Shown here one piece after another: positions 39,601 through 52,840 of a stretch of 64,000 nucleotides of DNA (positions are counted from its first letter, which is position 1; the number at the start of each line of letters is the position of its first letter). The position numbers and the translations under genes were made by a program. The DNA is from Azolla caroliniana. Its lineage: Eukaryota > Plantae > Polypodiophyta. The DNA lies in assembly GCA_043228905.1 (NCBI GenBank), contig JBHGNT010000011.1, positions 19,282,001-19,346,000 on the forward strand, read 5' to 3'. Below the pieces are notes generated by a model that was not told the origin of the DNA, did no database searches, and saw only the letters and a program-made list of their open reading frames with translations.

Positions 39601-42600
39601 GTGAACTTTGATATGTTTGGTTTGACCATGAAAGACTACAACAACCACACTTGGCTATTTCAACATAGTAAAATGATTTTTCTAGCTTGATCATGAAATG
39701 GTGGCAATGGCAAAAATATTGTGGATTTTGATATTTCTTGACCACCTTCATATTTAGAATCAACAAAGTCACATAATTCAGCAAAAAATCCAAGTTAGAA
39801 GTTCCTTTTAGAAATCTCAATTTTTTCATTACATTACTATGGTATCCTTTTGGTTGAGCCATAACAAGGACTCAATAATTAAACTACAAAAGAGACTTTA
39901 ACTTTCATAAAAAGTCAAGTAAAGTAGAGCACCAATAGCTTGATGATATTTCATCATAACACATTTACATAACTATATTCAACACCAACTTTACAATTTT
40001 TCCATTCTAAATTTGAAATAAATAAAAGCAATATAAACTACTTTTGATCAAGAGATAGCGTTTGCTTCTTAAATTTCTAGTCCAGGAAAATGTTGTAGTT
40101 CTCCCATATATCTCACAAAAGATGATGCCGATAACTCTAGTTTCACCCTTTGAATATGGGCACATAATTATCTATAACTTATAAGTATAATGGCATTCAC
40201 ATCAAGGATAGTGGGTACAATGCACTCAAAATATTAAAAGTTGGATCCAAAGTTAGGCAACATGAAATGAGAAATTAGAATGAATCTTTTGATGCAAATC
40301 TCATAGATCTTTTTTCATCTACATAAAACTTTTCATAATTCACAAAGTTAATGCTCTTGCTTTGGCACAATAAAACCAAAGGTTGTGAAGCATATAAGAT
40401 CTTCTATATCTCCATTCAAAAAACTTGTTTACAAATCCATTTGGTGCACCTTCAACCATAGTAATTGTAACAAACCACTTTTTTTTTACGTTCAAACATT
40501 GTTATCTAATGGAAAAGATAGACGATACAACATTGGCTTGGGACATTGACCACTTAGCAAATTGATTTTAAATTCTCATTTATGATGGGAAACTTAACTA
40601 CAATCCTTGACTTGTGTAAATAAATAAAGTGATTATAACTAAGATGACTTAACCATCCATATCAAAAACAAATGTTTCACTTGTATCGACATACTACATA
40701 GTGAAGAACCACCTCAAAGAATGCTTTGTTTTTACATATATAAATAAGGGTATATACATCGAGCTAATTATGATAAGTTCAGCATCCATGGTACTAATAC
40801 AATTTTTTCATGAATGCAACACCTATATCTTATGTGTGATAAATTGGATTATTCTTGAAGGTGGAAACATAATCTATATGTAGTCATATGTTATTGGAAC
40901 TCCATTATCAATAATCAAGTCACTCATAGGAATATTTGTGAAATGTAGCTAACTCATAGTCGTAGTTTTAGTAATATACGTGTTATCTTCATTTCCTTTT
41001 GCAAAGGAAACCCAATTTTAGTTGTTCATTATTGATTTTCCTTTGGTATGAGTAATGCTTCTACATCTCTTTCTATGGCACTTATGTTGTTCATTACAAA
41101 ACAATAGTGACATTTCATAAGCTTCCACAAGCCACTCTAGCTCCACCACCACCATACCCCTATCATGGGTGATCATGGAAGATGTAGCTTGACCTTCCAA
41201 ACGTTGAGATAATATTGTCCTTGAATCACCTCCAAACACAATGTTACACAAACCTTTTTCTGCTAAGATATATTTCATGTGAAATGCCCATGTGATAGTT
41301 AAAATAAGATTGAGAAGCCCCTACTTACCTGAGTTTATCATCACATAATTGCCAAGAAAATGTCATATTGCCCAACCAGATTGACAAATATGTCTCAATT
41401 GTCTAAACATTACAAAAAATTGAAAAAACTTGGAGGCTTAAAAAGATTATTATATGCCAAGATGTTGGCCTAGTAGAAACTCAATGAAGAAAATTATGAG
41501 AGAACCACAATTAAGAGAGAAACTTACTTCAGACAAGTAATAGTGATAAATTATTTTAATAATGCCCAAATAGTGCTAATTATATTTGTGGGCATGGTTT
41601 TGACATTTTCATGTCTCCATGTGAAAGTTCTCATTCATGTCACGTTATGTTCTAAATAATAACTTCATATTCTCTTTTGTTCTTTTTTAATCCACTCAGC
41701 ATCACATTCTAATGTTAGTCACTTCTCAGAATAATAGAGGCATTTTTTGAACAGCCATTTCCACTGTGGTTCTTGGGTACCCATACATTAATAATAATTA
41801 GCTTAAAAGTAATATTTTGTTGTGGTGTCCAGACATGATTCTTCAACCATCTAGACTATGTCCAACCATGTGGACATCCATAAATGAATGAGCCCACCTT
41901 TGGCCCTTTTCTATCATTTAAAGATTGGCCATTCATACCTAGCTTATGCAATAACCTTAAGATGAAGGCGTTTAAAGAATAAACTTGGCATGGATAAACT
42001 CACAAAGTATTTGGAAATCTTTCTTGAATAACTCATTAAATGCTTTCATGAGCAATATAAGCTTGTTGAACTAGTTGGCACCTTTGTTAGGCTGTCGTGG
42101 ACCCAAATACGGTGGTTGACACATTCCCATTTTTTATTCCGTCTCCACTTGGGCCGGAAGAAGATTCGCCACCAACATCCCCTACGAAGTTTGCAAGAGT
42201 TGAGTTGAGTGTCGCAAGCCATATTGTGTCCGCTGCCAATACAATCCTAACAACCACACCTTCCTCTTCTAATGCACATTCAAGGGTACAAGATCTTGAA
42301 GATCTCATTTACATCTATTCTCAAAAGATCGACGAGATGGAACAATCTCCAGATGGACAATTAGTTGCTGGAGATCGATCCATTATGGCTAATCTAAGCG
42401 AGCCGCAAGTGAAAAAGATGGCCGAAGAAAATGCAAGCTCCATGATCAAGTATAATGCTAGTCTTCTCCATGCTCTCCGATAACATACATGTTTTCCACT
42501 TATATGGCCAATCTAACAACTTCATTTCTTATTATTAATGTAGGTTTTCGTACAACAACCTTGGTCGAATGTACCCATTCGGTTTGAGATTTGATTCATC

Positions 42601-44065
42601 GAATCCTGACCCATTTCTTGCTTGGGCTCATGGGTTCCAACTGGCAGCCCTCAATTTCCAAGGTCAGGATCGACAATTGTGGATTGCCCAAGCTTTATTC
42701 GAACAAAATGGAAGGTGTGGCTATGTGAGGAAACCTCAATATCTTCTACCAGGAAACGATAGCAACACGCACAATATGGATCCCAAGCTTCTACTTACGG
42801 CGAGTAAACGCTTGAAAAAACATATATAGACAATATAAAACCCCCATGGATGGTTATGTGTCTTTTTCTTAGTGGGTTTGTTCTTATGTTCAGGTGAAGG
42901 TCCTCATGGGGAATAATTGGAAAGTAAAGGATCGGTTTTCAGGAAATCCAGACTTATATGTAAAGGTTGGTCCCTATATCTCTAAACCCTAAACACACCA
43001 TGTAATCTCTAGAAAGTCATTTCTAAACATGCTATTGAAACTCTGAACCCAAAACATGTTATATAAACCTTATAATTTTATGTAAACCCTACGCATTAAG
43101 CACTAATCCTAGGACTGACTGAGTGTTCACAAACTTTATGCTCTGTATATTGTTGCCGACATGGTAAGAGAGCACAATATGTATACTCAAATACGAATTT
43201 CATAAACTCTAAGCACAGGATGTAAACCGAGGAACCTGAAACCCAAATGTTTAATATGTAAAGCCTAAACCTGAACCTATATGCAGTATCTAAACCCTAA
43301 ATTTGAATACCTATTTTCAAATGCACTTTACATAAATCCTATGAAAAGTGCCTTATTGGTTTCACTAACCTCATGGTATGAATATGATTGTTGTCAGGTC
43401 GCCATAGATGGTGTGGCATTAGACAAAGCCAAGAAATCTACAGCAGTCATCCATAATAGTAAGGACCCAAGCTGGGAAAATGAGCAATTCGAGTTCCAAA
43501 TCAGAGGTAATAAAATAAAACAAAAGCCCATGAAGGATTTGAGCACATAACCTATCCTTTATAATCATTATACTTCTTCTTCAAACTTTTCTTATGAGCC
43601 CATGGATGAGGATTAAATCACAAACCCATTAAACCTCGGGTGCGAAATAGAAAGATGTTTTTATTATCATCACGGTGAACCTAACATTCGAACACATTTC
43701 TTAGGATTAGAACACACTACATTCTTATCGTAAATCACATAAGGTTACCAATCCATCCTTTTGATCAAGTCAGTGAATTTTGACGTTTTTCTTATATACA
43801 TTATAATATTATATCATTGAATGGTTTTTGTGTTCGTGTTTTTTCTGTAGTCCCTGAGATGGCAATATTGAGGCTAGAGGCATGGGAGAGTGATTCTTAC
43901 GGCAAAGATGACTTTGTTGGACAAGCTTGCTTCCCTGTGTGTGAAATGAAAATAGGCTTGAGAGCACTTACCTTAAAATCTCGTAGTGGAGAGCCTCTTC
44001 CATCCACCTTGTTATGCTCCATACATAAACAAGAGCCACAAAAGGCCCTCTTAAGTGACCTTTAG
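36667..44065 (+). CDS. PLC: Phosphoinositide-specific phospholipase C (EF-hand, X, Y, C2), 9 exons
   Basis: Exons 36667-36966, 37445-37635, 38161-38296, 38389-38529, 42091-42449, 42544-42799 (GC donor), 42894-42965, 43398-43506 and 43851-44065. X-box: [55 protein letters not shown]. Y-box: GRMYPFGLRFDSSN, AALNFQG, NGRCGYVRKP. C2: PSWENEQFEF, PEMAILRLE, KDDFVGQ. Confidence 0.93.
37188..37344. repeat. Direct repeat of about 58 bp in PLC intron 1
   Basis: TTTACTCTAATAGTAATGTTATATATATAGATCCATGCCAATCATGACACAAGGATTG occurs twice. Confidence 0.9.
37600..38085. repeat. Degenerate minisatellite (about 55-65 bp) filling PLC intron 2
   Basis: Recurrent TATGTTCATGGT.TCAT.ATGGTGCTCC-like units. Confidence 0.75.
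38700..41500 (-). mobile_element. Highly degenerate Ty1/Copia remnants in PLC intron 4
   Basis: Minus-strand peptides MAQPKGY, LRFLKGT, HLWYLKG and SWYLKD resemble the Copia RT motifs M.QP.G and LRYLKGT. They are fragmented and partly duplicated. Confidence 0.55.
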
Positions 44066-46302
44066 CTAGCTCTATCTTTATTCATGATTGTATATACCCT
44101 CCAAATATTTTCATTGTGTTAACATTGCTTGTAATAATGTAAAATCGTGGAATCACATGGCTCAATTGCCCATCCATGATGACTCACATAGATTGCAAAT
44201 ACTCGTTTTCAATCATGGGTAGACTTTTCACATCTATGGTGCTCCTAATGTTGTATGTATAAATTGCAATTTTGACTTAAACACCTATATCATCATTATA
44301 AACAAAAGGACAAAGAGGCATCAAAAAATTCTCTAAAAGGAGGAGAGTGTTTCAAAGTATAAAAGTGAAAGGGATTAGAGCTATAAGTTCTTATAGACAT
44401 ATTTAAGAAATCAAGAAAGGAGTTTGGAGAGCTTCTTCAACTTAAAAAAGTGATGAAGGGAGCACAAGGCTCCTAATATCCTTCGAACTAATCAACCTTG
44501 AGGAACTATGAAAGATGATTCTTGTATGTAGCATATGTCTTTGAAGTGTACAATTTTCTAGGAGTGCTAATTTCCTTGGGTCAATTGGGCTCCTTCTTTT
44601 TCGTTCTTTCTCCTAATTGATTTCAATTGCACTCAACCATACCTGTAATTTGCTTTCTTTGGGATTTTCTCAACATCATCAACATGTTGTTATTGCGAGT
44701 TTACCATTTCAAGTTTGGCTAATTATTGACATTCCTCTCTCGCCCTACTAATCAGAGTCATTTCTACCATTTGCACTCTACCATCACTATAAACTTGGAT
44801 TTCATTCAATAACCCCAAGCGCATTTATTGCAATCACCTTTGTTGCTTACCTACGATCTTGATTCACACCTCTAGGTGGTTTTTCCTCAATGCATAGAGA
44901 GGAGGCCAAATTTAATTCTTAAGAAAGTTTTTTGGAGGTGTGTCTAATATAGAATAGTTATCCTAGAGGTGTGTGAAGGTGAGTAAGTTCCATTGGTAGA
45001 GTGTATTGGTCATTTACATTCAATAGAAGTATGAAAGGACTCTAGACAGGATGTTTATTTGTAGGAACATGACAATCGCATTATAGGATATTAATGGGTG
45101 AGATACTACCAGACACCAAGTGACATGTATCCCTTGTAATCCCAACTTTTGTTAGCTAAGTAAGAATGAATAGATGCTACTTTTTATATGGAAATCGTTA
45201 ATTGGTAACTAACATCATGAGTAACTCTAATATGTAATTAAGCAAATCAAATGATAACACAACTTACCACTATTAACTCCTATAAAGGCAATGCTTCCTC
45301 ATTGCTTGAAATATAGCCTTGTTTTATTTCCCCTTGTTTACTACCAAATGACTAAGCAAGATCTAAAATTAACATAGAAAACCCATTGTCAAAGACATTT
45401 AGCCAAAGCATTAAGTTAGAATGCAACTCTTTACCATACTTTGCATTGTATTATATGCTTGAATTTTAGAACCTCAATTGGGCTAACATCATGACTTTAT
45501 GATCAATCATTTGTGGGGGATGACCAAATGCTATTCTTTGATGTATAATGACAATGCTTTCTCATTTTTCTTTGCTACTCAATGTCTTGAAAGTGTTTCT
45601 TTTCAACCTTGTGGTTTGAAAGAGAGGAGTTCGTAAAAGCTTTTATGGGGGAGAAAAGCCTCGTAACTATAAGCGTAATTATCTCATGGACAAAAACAAA
45701 TAATTTATGAAGTCATTCACCATGTACACAGTCACACGACAGTTAAGCAATAAATCATTACCCCTAATGATATGCTCATATAATATATTTATTTATTTAT
45801 TTAAATTCTATTATAGCTTTTGATGGGCTTCACAAATGTACGTTACCTCGCAATGCCTAAAGCAACTGATATTTGCCCTCACGAAACCTTGCTTATAGAA
45901 TGGACTACTTCACTTTATATCCAATCGAGTTGATCGACTCCACATACATATGAATACCACACACCCCCTTCTTTATGTTAACATCAATACATAGCAAGTT
46001 TAATGTCAACCATCTCAATGATACAACTTTTTATAGTGGACCTCCAATTTAGACGAGGGAGAGTCTTCATTTATCAACTGCCCTGTTTCTGATGTAATAT
46101 ATGGATAGGACTCAACACCATAATTTATAGGAAGGAGAGTAAAGAATGAGTTATCTGGCATATGCAACTGACTCGTCGGTTACTTGAAGAGGCGGGACTT
46201 ATCACATTTAATGGTAATGACCGGGCGGGGCCAATACGCATTCAACGAGTGCTTGTCCGAGTTGGCCGCCCAATGTCCGGATGTGGGCTTGGTTGCCAAT
46301 GG

Positions 46303-46343
<41 letters not shown>

Positions 46344-46504
46344 ATGTATAAGGCTATAATAAGTCAAATGAACTACATATGTCATTGTTATATCAATATG
46401 TATGCCAATGATTCATACATCCCCTACCCTAGAAGAAGAAGAAGAAGAAGAAGAAGAATCTGAGATTCATGTGGGTGAATCTTCATTACAGAGATTAAGG
46501 GGGT

Positions 46505-47911
46505 ATGGATGACCTTCCTGATCATCTCCTGTGCCATCTCTTCTCTCTCCTCAGGGGCTCACCCTCTGATCTCAACGCCATCGCCCTTGCAAACAGACGC
46601 CTCTATGAGCTAGAAAGAAGGCAAAGGCTCTCCATCAGAGTGAAGTGCGGACTAAATCCCGTCGATTCTGCCCTCACATCTCTGTGCAGAAGGTTCCCTC
46701 TCTTGCAGAAGATCGAGATCGACTATGGAGGGTGGATGGCTAAATTGGGCAAGCAATTGGACGATAATGGTCTCAAAATCATTGCGAGCCTTTGCCCTAA
46801 CCTTAGGGATCTTGAGCTTAGGTTCTGCACTTATATTACTGATGTGGGTCTCTCTTATCTTGCATCTTGCAAGGGTTTAGAAGCGTTGAAATTGAATTTC
46901 GCCCCTGGCATCACCGATCGTGGCCTCCTGTCGATTGTGACAGGGTGTCGAAACCTATGCATTCTTCACCTCACACTTTGCCTCCATGTGAACACATCCG
47001 AATGGCTCTTCTTCCTTGGCCGTCTGGAGAGAATGAATGACCTTTCCATCTGCCAATGTAAAGGTATCCATGAAGCAGACCTTTCTCAGCTAGGGAACGG
47101 TTGGAAAAGACTCAAGAGGTTCCACTTCCAAGTAGATGTCCACCATAGATATATGAAGAACTATGGTGGGTTTGTTAACGGGTGGAATGGTCTCGTTAAT
47201 GATTGCACAAGTCTCGAAGAGATTCGGCTCGTTAACTGCCTCATTAGCTCGAATCAAGGGCTTGGATGCATCCTGACAAAATGCCGAGCATTGCGAAGTT
47301 TGCATCTTGATATGTGCATGGGTCTCTGTGATCGGGACCTCATTGAACTGGCACAGGCTAGCATTGGGCTCAAGTACTTGTCGCTCAGGTGCCCATCTGA
47401 TTTCTCATTCTCAGTGCCTGCCAACTACCCACCCCAGCTGTCAGATGAGAGCTTGAAAGCAATTGCAAAGCATTGTGAGTCTCTTGAGGAAGTGTCCATC
47501 TCGATTGCAGGTGGTTGTTACCCATTCATGCCATGTTTCTCACTCTCGGGCATCCTGGCATTAGTTGAAGGATGTGGTTCCTTGAAATCCCTTGTTTTGG
47601 ATGGGGTCTATGCATTCAATGACCGAGGCATGGAAGCACTCGGTGTTGCCCACTCTCTCGAAACCCTTGAGTTGATCCAATGCCAAGAGGTTAGTGATGA
47701 TGGGATGCAACTCATAAGGCACCTTCCTTCACTAAAACACTTGAAATTATCAAAATGTCTCGGCATTTCGGATGACGGGCTTGCAGCGTTCATTGGATCT
47801 TATAAGCTAGAGTCTTTGAAAATAGAAGATTGTCCCAATATCTCCGAAAAAGCCACTCGAGGCACTGCCAAAATTGTGTTCTTTAGATGTGACCTATCAT
47901 GGTTGTATTAA
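46505..47911 (+). CDS. FBL14: F-box/LRR-repeat protein, FBL14-like (intronless, 468 aa)
   Basis: Uninterrupted ORF with an N-terminal F-box (MDDLPDHLL) and cysteine-containing LRRs. The block ALTSLCRRFP...GWMAKLGKQLDD.GL...FCTYITDVGL is as I recall it from Arabidopsis FBL14. Confidence 0.88.
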   Translation: MDDLPDHLLCHLFSLLRGSPSDLNAIALANRRLYELERRQRLSIRVKCGLNPVDSALTSLCRRFPLLQKIEIDYGGWMAKLGKQLDDNGLKIIASLCPNLRDLELRFCTYITDVGLSYLASCKGLEALKLNFAPGITDRGLLSIVTGCRNLCILHLTLCLHVNTSEWLFFLGRLERMNDLSICQCKGIHEADLSQLGNGWKRLKRFHFQVDVHHRYMKNYGGFVNGWNGLVNDCTSLEEIRLVNCLISSNQGLGCILTKCRALRSLHLDMCMGLCDRDLIELAQASIGLKYLSLRCPSDFSFSVPANYPPQLSDESLKAIAKHCESLEEVSISIAGGCYPFMPCFSLSGILALVEGCGSLKSLVLDGVYAFNDRGMEALGVAHSLETLELIQCQEVSDDGMQLIRHLPSLKHLKLSKCLGISDDGLAAFIGSYKLESLKIEDCPNISEKATRGTAKIVFFRCDLSWLY

Positions 47912-49705
47912 CTAGTAGTTCGGGGAATCTCAGAGAGAATTCTTCAGGTGTGAATACATACATGTTGAGAATGTGAAGTGTAAGATATGTTTCTACTTCT
48001 CTATGGTTTGTAAATGTGAACAATAACACCAAAAATACAATTTGGAGATGTAGGCATACACAGTAACCTAGCTAAATTCATTATGGAGATGCATTGGTAT
48101 ATATGTTGTGTATAATCATTCCCTCCACAAGGGGTTTGACAAGATATGCCTTGTGGAATATATATGTGGATCTGCTTTATTCTCATTTTTCAAATTGCTA
48201 CTTGTAAATGAGAAGTGGTGTGAATTTCTACTATCATAGGGGTCCATACACTAGTTTGGTTTGAGTTGTCAGCTTTTGGAAACTCCATTATTAACTGACA
48301 TAACTAACATGGAATTCTTTGTATATATGCATATGGTGTGTGTGATTCTTTTCGAGAAAACAATATCCATGGTATATATGTCTATTTCTCTTCATGCAAC
48401 TCAACGCATAATTTTTTTGTTAATCAAATCTGGGTACCTTGTTAAATTCCAAATTGACTTACACTTGTGTTTTAAGCTTTGTGATTGTTGTGGCTTAATT
48501 TTTTGTTGCTATCATATATTTATGCAATTCTCATAGCCAGGCGTAATTTACATATTGTTCTTGAATTCTCATGGATCTTAATTACTTCATGTACTATCAA
48601 GTTACATACCTCAAATGATCTAAACTTAACTTCTTTAGGTCTCTCGAGTGAATATTTTTGTAGAATTAGCTGGTTCTTCTATATGTCCTTTATCTTATGA
48701 GGCCCTCTTGAGTGGGTTTATCTGGAGTTGTGTGGTTCTTCTGTATGTGTGGTTGACTTTTGTGTAAGATACCAACAATTCTTGTACACAATTAGAACAG
48801 AAATTCGCAAGTGAGTTATAATCGACACAGCACAGGCATTCGATTCTAGCCCCACCTTTTCTGTAGCAAATGTAGTTATATTACTCCAAAACAGAGAACA
48901 CTTAATCTACGTCCAATGCATAAGAGTTTACATAATTAAACCATGGATTTTACATAATTAAACCATGGATTTTACAAGCCACTTTGGCCCCTGATGATTG
49001 CGGCCTTTCAATGTATCCACCAAGAAAAATTCTAAAAGAATAAATGGGTCCTAGTTAGGAGTCTTATTGTGTTATTGCTGAACCTTTATTCATTTGCCCT
49101 AAAACTAAAACCCTTATCTCCCATAGTCTTATTGTGTTATGCCATGCCAACTTTTATTATTGCAACTTAACACACAAAGTTTGAATGCTCTTAACAAGCC
49201 AAATTATTGAATTGCCATTCTCCAAACTAAGTGTTGTTTTATCTTAATTGTAAAAAAGTACGTTCATAGCTATGCAGAATTAATTTTGGCTGTGTCATTG
49301 TACTATGGCTGCATAGATGTCAAATTGGAGGCAAAACCACAGATTTCATTTTGGAATTAACTTGTTGAAATCAATGATAGGCATTGAAATGTTCAAAACT
49401 CCCTATACCAAATTTCATTTCATACATGTACTATCTTTTATCTTTTTCCAATAAAAATTGATAATGGAATTGAAAAAATAAATCATAAAATAGAGAAATA
49501 TATTTTCTTGTGGTTCAAGAGAGCTGGCTACATTCCTTCAATGTTTTTGATAGTTGTCCCATTATCGATTCTTGTCCTAATATTTTCAGGGTTTTTGGTA
49601 CTGGAAGGCAGTAGAAAATAGTATAAAGCCAAGAGAAATAGGTTATTAATTGATGGAATAAATGGATGATTGAACAAAAGTAGGATGGTATCAAAATTAT
49701 GTCTA

Positions 49706-52700
49706 TCAATCAATGAAAGAAGATAATGTCCCATTGACAATAAGATATGGAACAATCCTTAGCACTGGATCAATGGGTATAGCAAAATTAACACCTGATG
49801 ACATTCCCGAACCTATATGTAGAAAACAAAAATCATTTTCTAACTCAACAATTTATGGAGTATACAATATCAATACTAAGAAAGCAAAGAGACCTTGGCG
49901 AGTAAAAGTGGCTGTGTTTATGCCAATGATGTGTCCAAACGAGTCAAGCAAAGGCCCCCCAGAGTTGCCTAGAAAAACCAACAATTCAAGAATATTAAAT
50001 CAGATCCAATACTTTTTACGCAACAAAATGCTGATGCTACATTTGAATATGTTGCTGCTTTATTTTTATAAACATACTATTATGTGTAACAATTTAAACA
50101 ATTTCAAGTCAAAAAACTCTATCCCTAATCCCATTGTTTCTTGGTTAATCTGAAGGGGCGATGTTTCCTATAAAAGAAAAAAAATCTGCTCTTTTGTTTC
50201 CATGTTGGAACAACATTTAAACTTTGCAATAACTTGGTTGGCCTTATGATTCGGATTGTTACCCCTGTAACTTATTTGTAAGCTACAGCCTATATATAGT
50301 TAGGTCAGGGGTTACAAATTTCAACCTTCCCCCAGGAAATGGTAGCAGAACCTCTGATGAAGAGAGTAATAATTGTTTCAAAAATTCAATGTTGTTGGCA
50401 TCTTATTAATGATACCTGCATTTATCGCAGCATCTGTCTGAATAGCTCCAACAATGACCCTTCCTGCTGGTGAAGGAATCTCGCGTCCCAATCCACTAAT
50501 CACCTGTCAAATGAAAATACCGTATGAACTCATGCATGAATGTATATATATCTGCCTGTGTATATGCACGAGTGTCTGTGTACACACGTAGATCATGTGG
50601 CTGTATTTTACAGGTAATGAACGAAAGTGAAAATTAACATGTAATAAAATGTAATCTTAGGGATAAGCAAAAGGTCAAAATGACCAACAAGACGTAATTT
50701 ACCTTATACACAAGTGTCTTGTAAAGGTATTTATGTGTGTGTGTGAACATGAACCATTGAATATATAGCTTTCGTCTTACCCCAGTTGTTAAGGTATGCG
50801 CAAAGCCATAAGGATTTCCTATGGCAAAGCAGCTCTGGCCTACCCTAAGGCTCTTTGATGATCCCAGGGGAAGCGGCTCCAACACATCCTTGGAGGCATC
50901 AACCTTACCCATTTTCATACAAAACAACTTCTTGTTAGAATGTACTAAGGCACCAAAACGTGAGATGAATTTCATTCATATAAGAGAGTAGATAGGGCGA
51001 TCTCAAAAGATCGGAATAACAAAGAAATGCTTGCCTTTAACACCGCTAAATCATGTGCAGCATCAATCCCAATGAGACTGGCTATCCTGGTTACAACACT
51101 GCCATTGGGACATAAGAGTGAAACCTAGGGAAAGATTATTCTCTTTTAGATCGGCAACTTGGTTAATATTCAACTGCTTGGATTTTATCATTTTATTTTA
51201 TTCATTATCACTTTTCAAATACTTTTTATGCATGAGCCTATCAATTCACGTTCTAGACATCTCCCAGTTTCCATTAGTGTGTTATACTGATCTTAATTAA
51301 CATTTCAACTACATTACCATTAGTAATACAAAATAAAATAAATCAAACCATTAAATTTTTGAAGAAAAAACACGATAGGAATCAACGTACACACATCCAT
51401 ATAGAAAGAAATATACATACACTATGTCTAGATATAGATTGAACGGTCCAATATATTGACTTGATTATATGATACATGATGATGTTTGTAACTTATAGTC
51501 TTTCCTGTTATTTTCGTAGAATCTTAAGACAAACAAATAGGGTTTTTTCTTTACAAAAATATTAGATAGACTAGTTTCTTAATGTTGAATGGCAATCAGT
51601 TCAATTTTTATTTTGAGCAACATAAGTAGATAATTGTTTTCCAATTTATTTAAGCAAAAAACGGTTTAACTTTTTACTTCTAATAAGAAAAAAGCACTGA
51701 CCTGGACTTGTTGTTTGCCTGAAGTGTCCTTCACCAGTTTCTCCACAACATGATAGTTGGTGACCTATGCAGCATGTATAATCATGATTCATAATCATAC
51801 TTATCATAAAAATAAAAATGAAGTGAACCTATGCCATGATATGTGATGTATAGAAACGTTAAAGAAACAAGAAGGTAAATAGAGAGAAAGAGAAACAAAA
51901 TGAATATAGTGAGATTTGAATCGGACTACATGGGTTGGTAAAAACTTGCCATTTATCTACGAAGTGAACGAAATAAAACTATGAGAAAAACAAAATCACT
52001 TACAATGTGTCCATTAAAGAATGAAATTAAACTACGAAAAAGACAACTCGCTTACAATGTGTCCATATCGATCCCACACAAACCCTGATCCAGTTCCTTC
52101 AAGCTTTTCATCTTGTTCCATTCCATTGTCTCTAGATTCGCTCGAGGATTTTGGATTAGCTATTTCTACCACTTTGATGCAAACAACAGACCTCGTCGAT
52201 CCCTGCAACAGACCTACTAATGTCTATTTCATTGCTGCAAATTTCTTTGGTTTCTACTATGGGAAAAAAATGCCTCACTTTGTCGGTAAAGCACCATATG
52301 CCTATGTCTAGGCCCACAATAATGTAGTATGTATGTGTGTGAACGTGTATATGCGTAAATTTCATTGATTTCCTATGCGTGTACATATACACGCATAGGA
52401 ATCAGTGGAAATTTCACCTGTATATACACCATTTGTTCCTTCTTGTAGGACCTGTTTTTAGAAGTCAGTTCTTTTTCCTTGTATTATGTGAATGCTTGTT
52501 TGATTTTCATGTGCGGCGTGATATAGAAATCGACATATACAAACACAAATACATCCACGCATAATAACCACAAAATTTGCGGCGTTCTTACCTCAAAGAG
52601 GTTGACGACATTCTGCTCTTCTTCCTCCAAGTCTTGCTGGATGTTATAATCCAGAGCCAGTGATAAAGAAGAGAAGGAGGAAGAGAAGAAAGGAGTCACA

Positions 52701-52809
52701 GGAGAAGCGAGGGAGAAGAGGCCTGCTATGAGAGCTCTGCGATGAATCAAGGGTTGAGTTCTAAGATGAGAAGATGAAGATGAAGATGAAGATGAAGATG
52801 GAGATGGAG

Positions 52810-52840
<31 letters not shown>

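Noticed and set aside
48927-48975. Perfect 23-bp tandem repeat; a similar small duplication lies at 61623-61786
   Set aside because: Ordinary slippage duplications in intergenic DNA with no further structure.
49713-50153. 146-aa plus-strand ORF
   Set aside because: Antisense shadow of DEG5 exons 7-8 plus intron.
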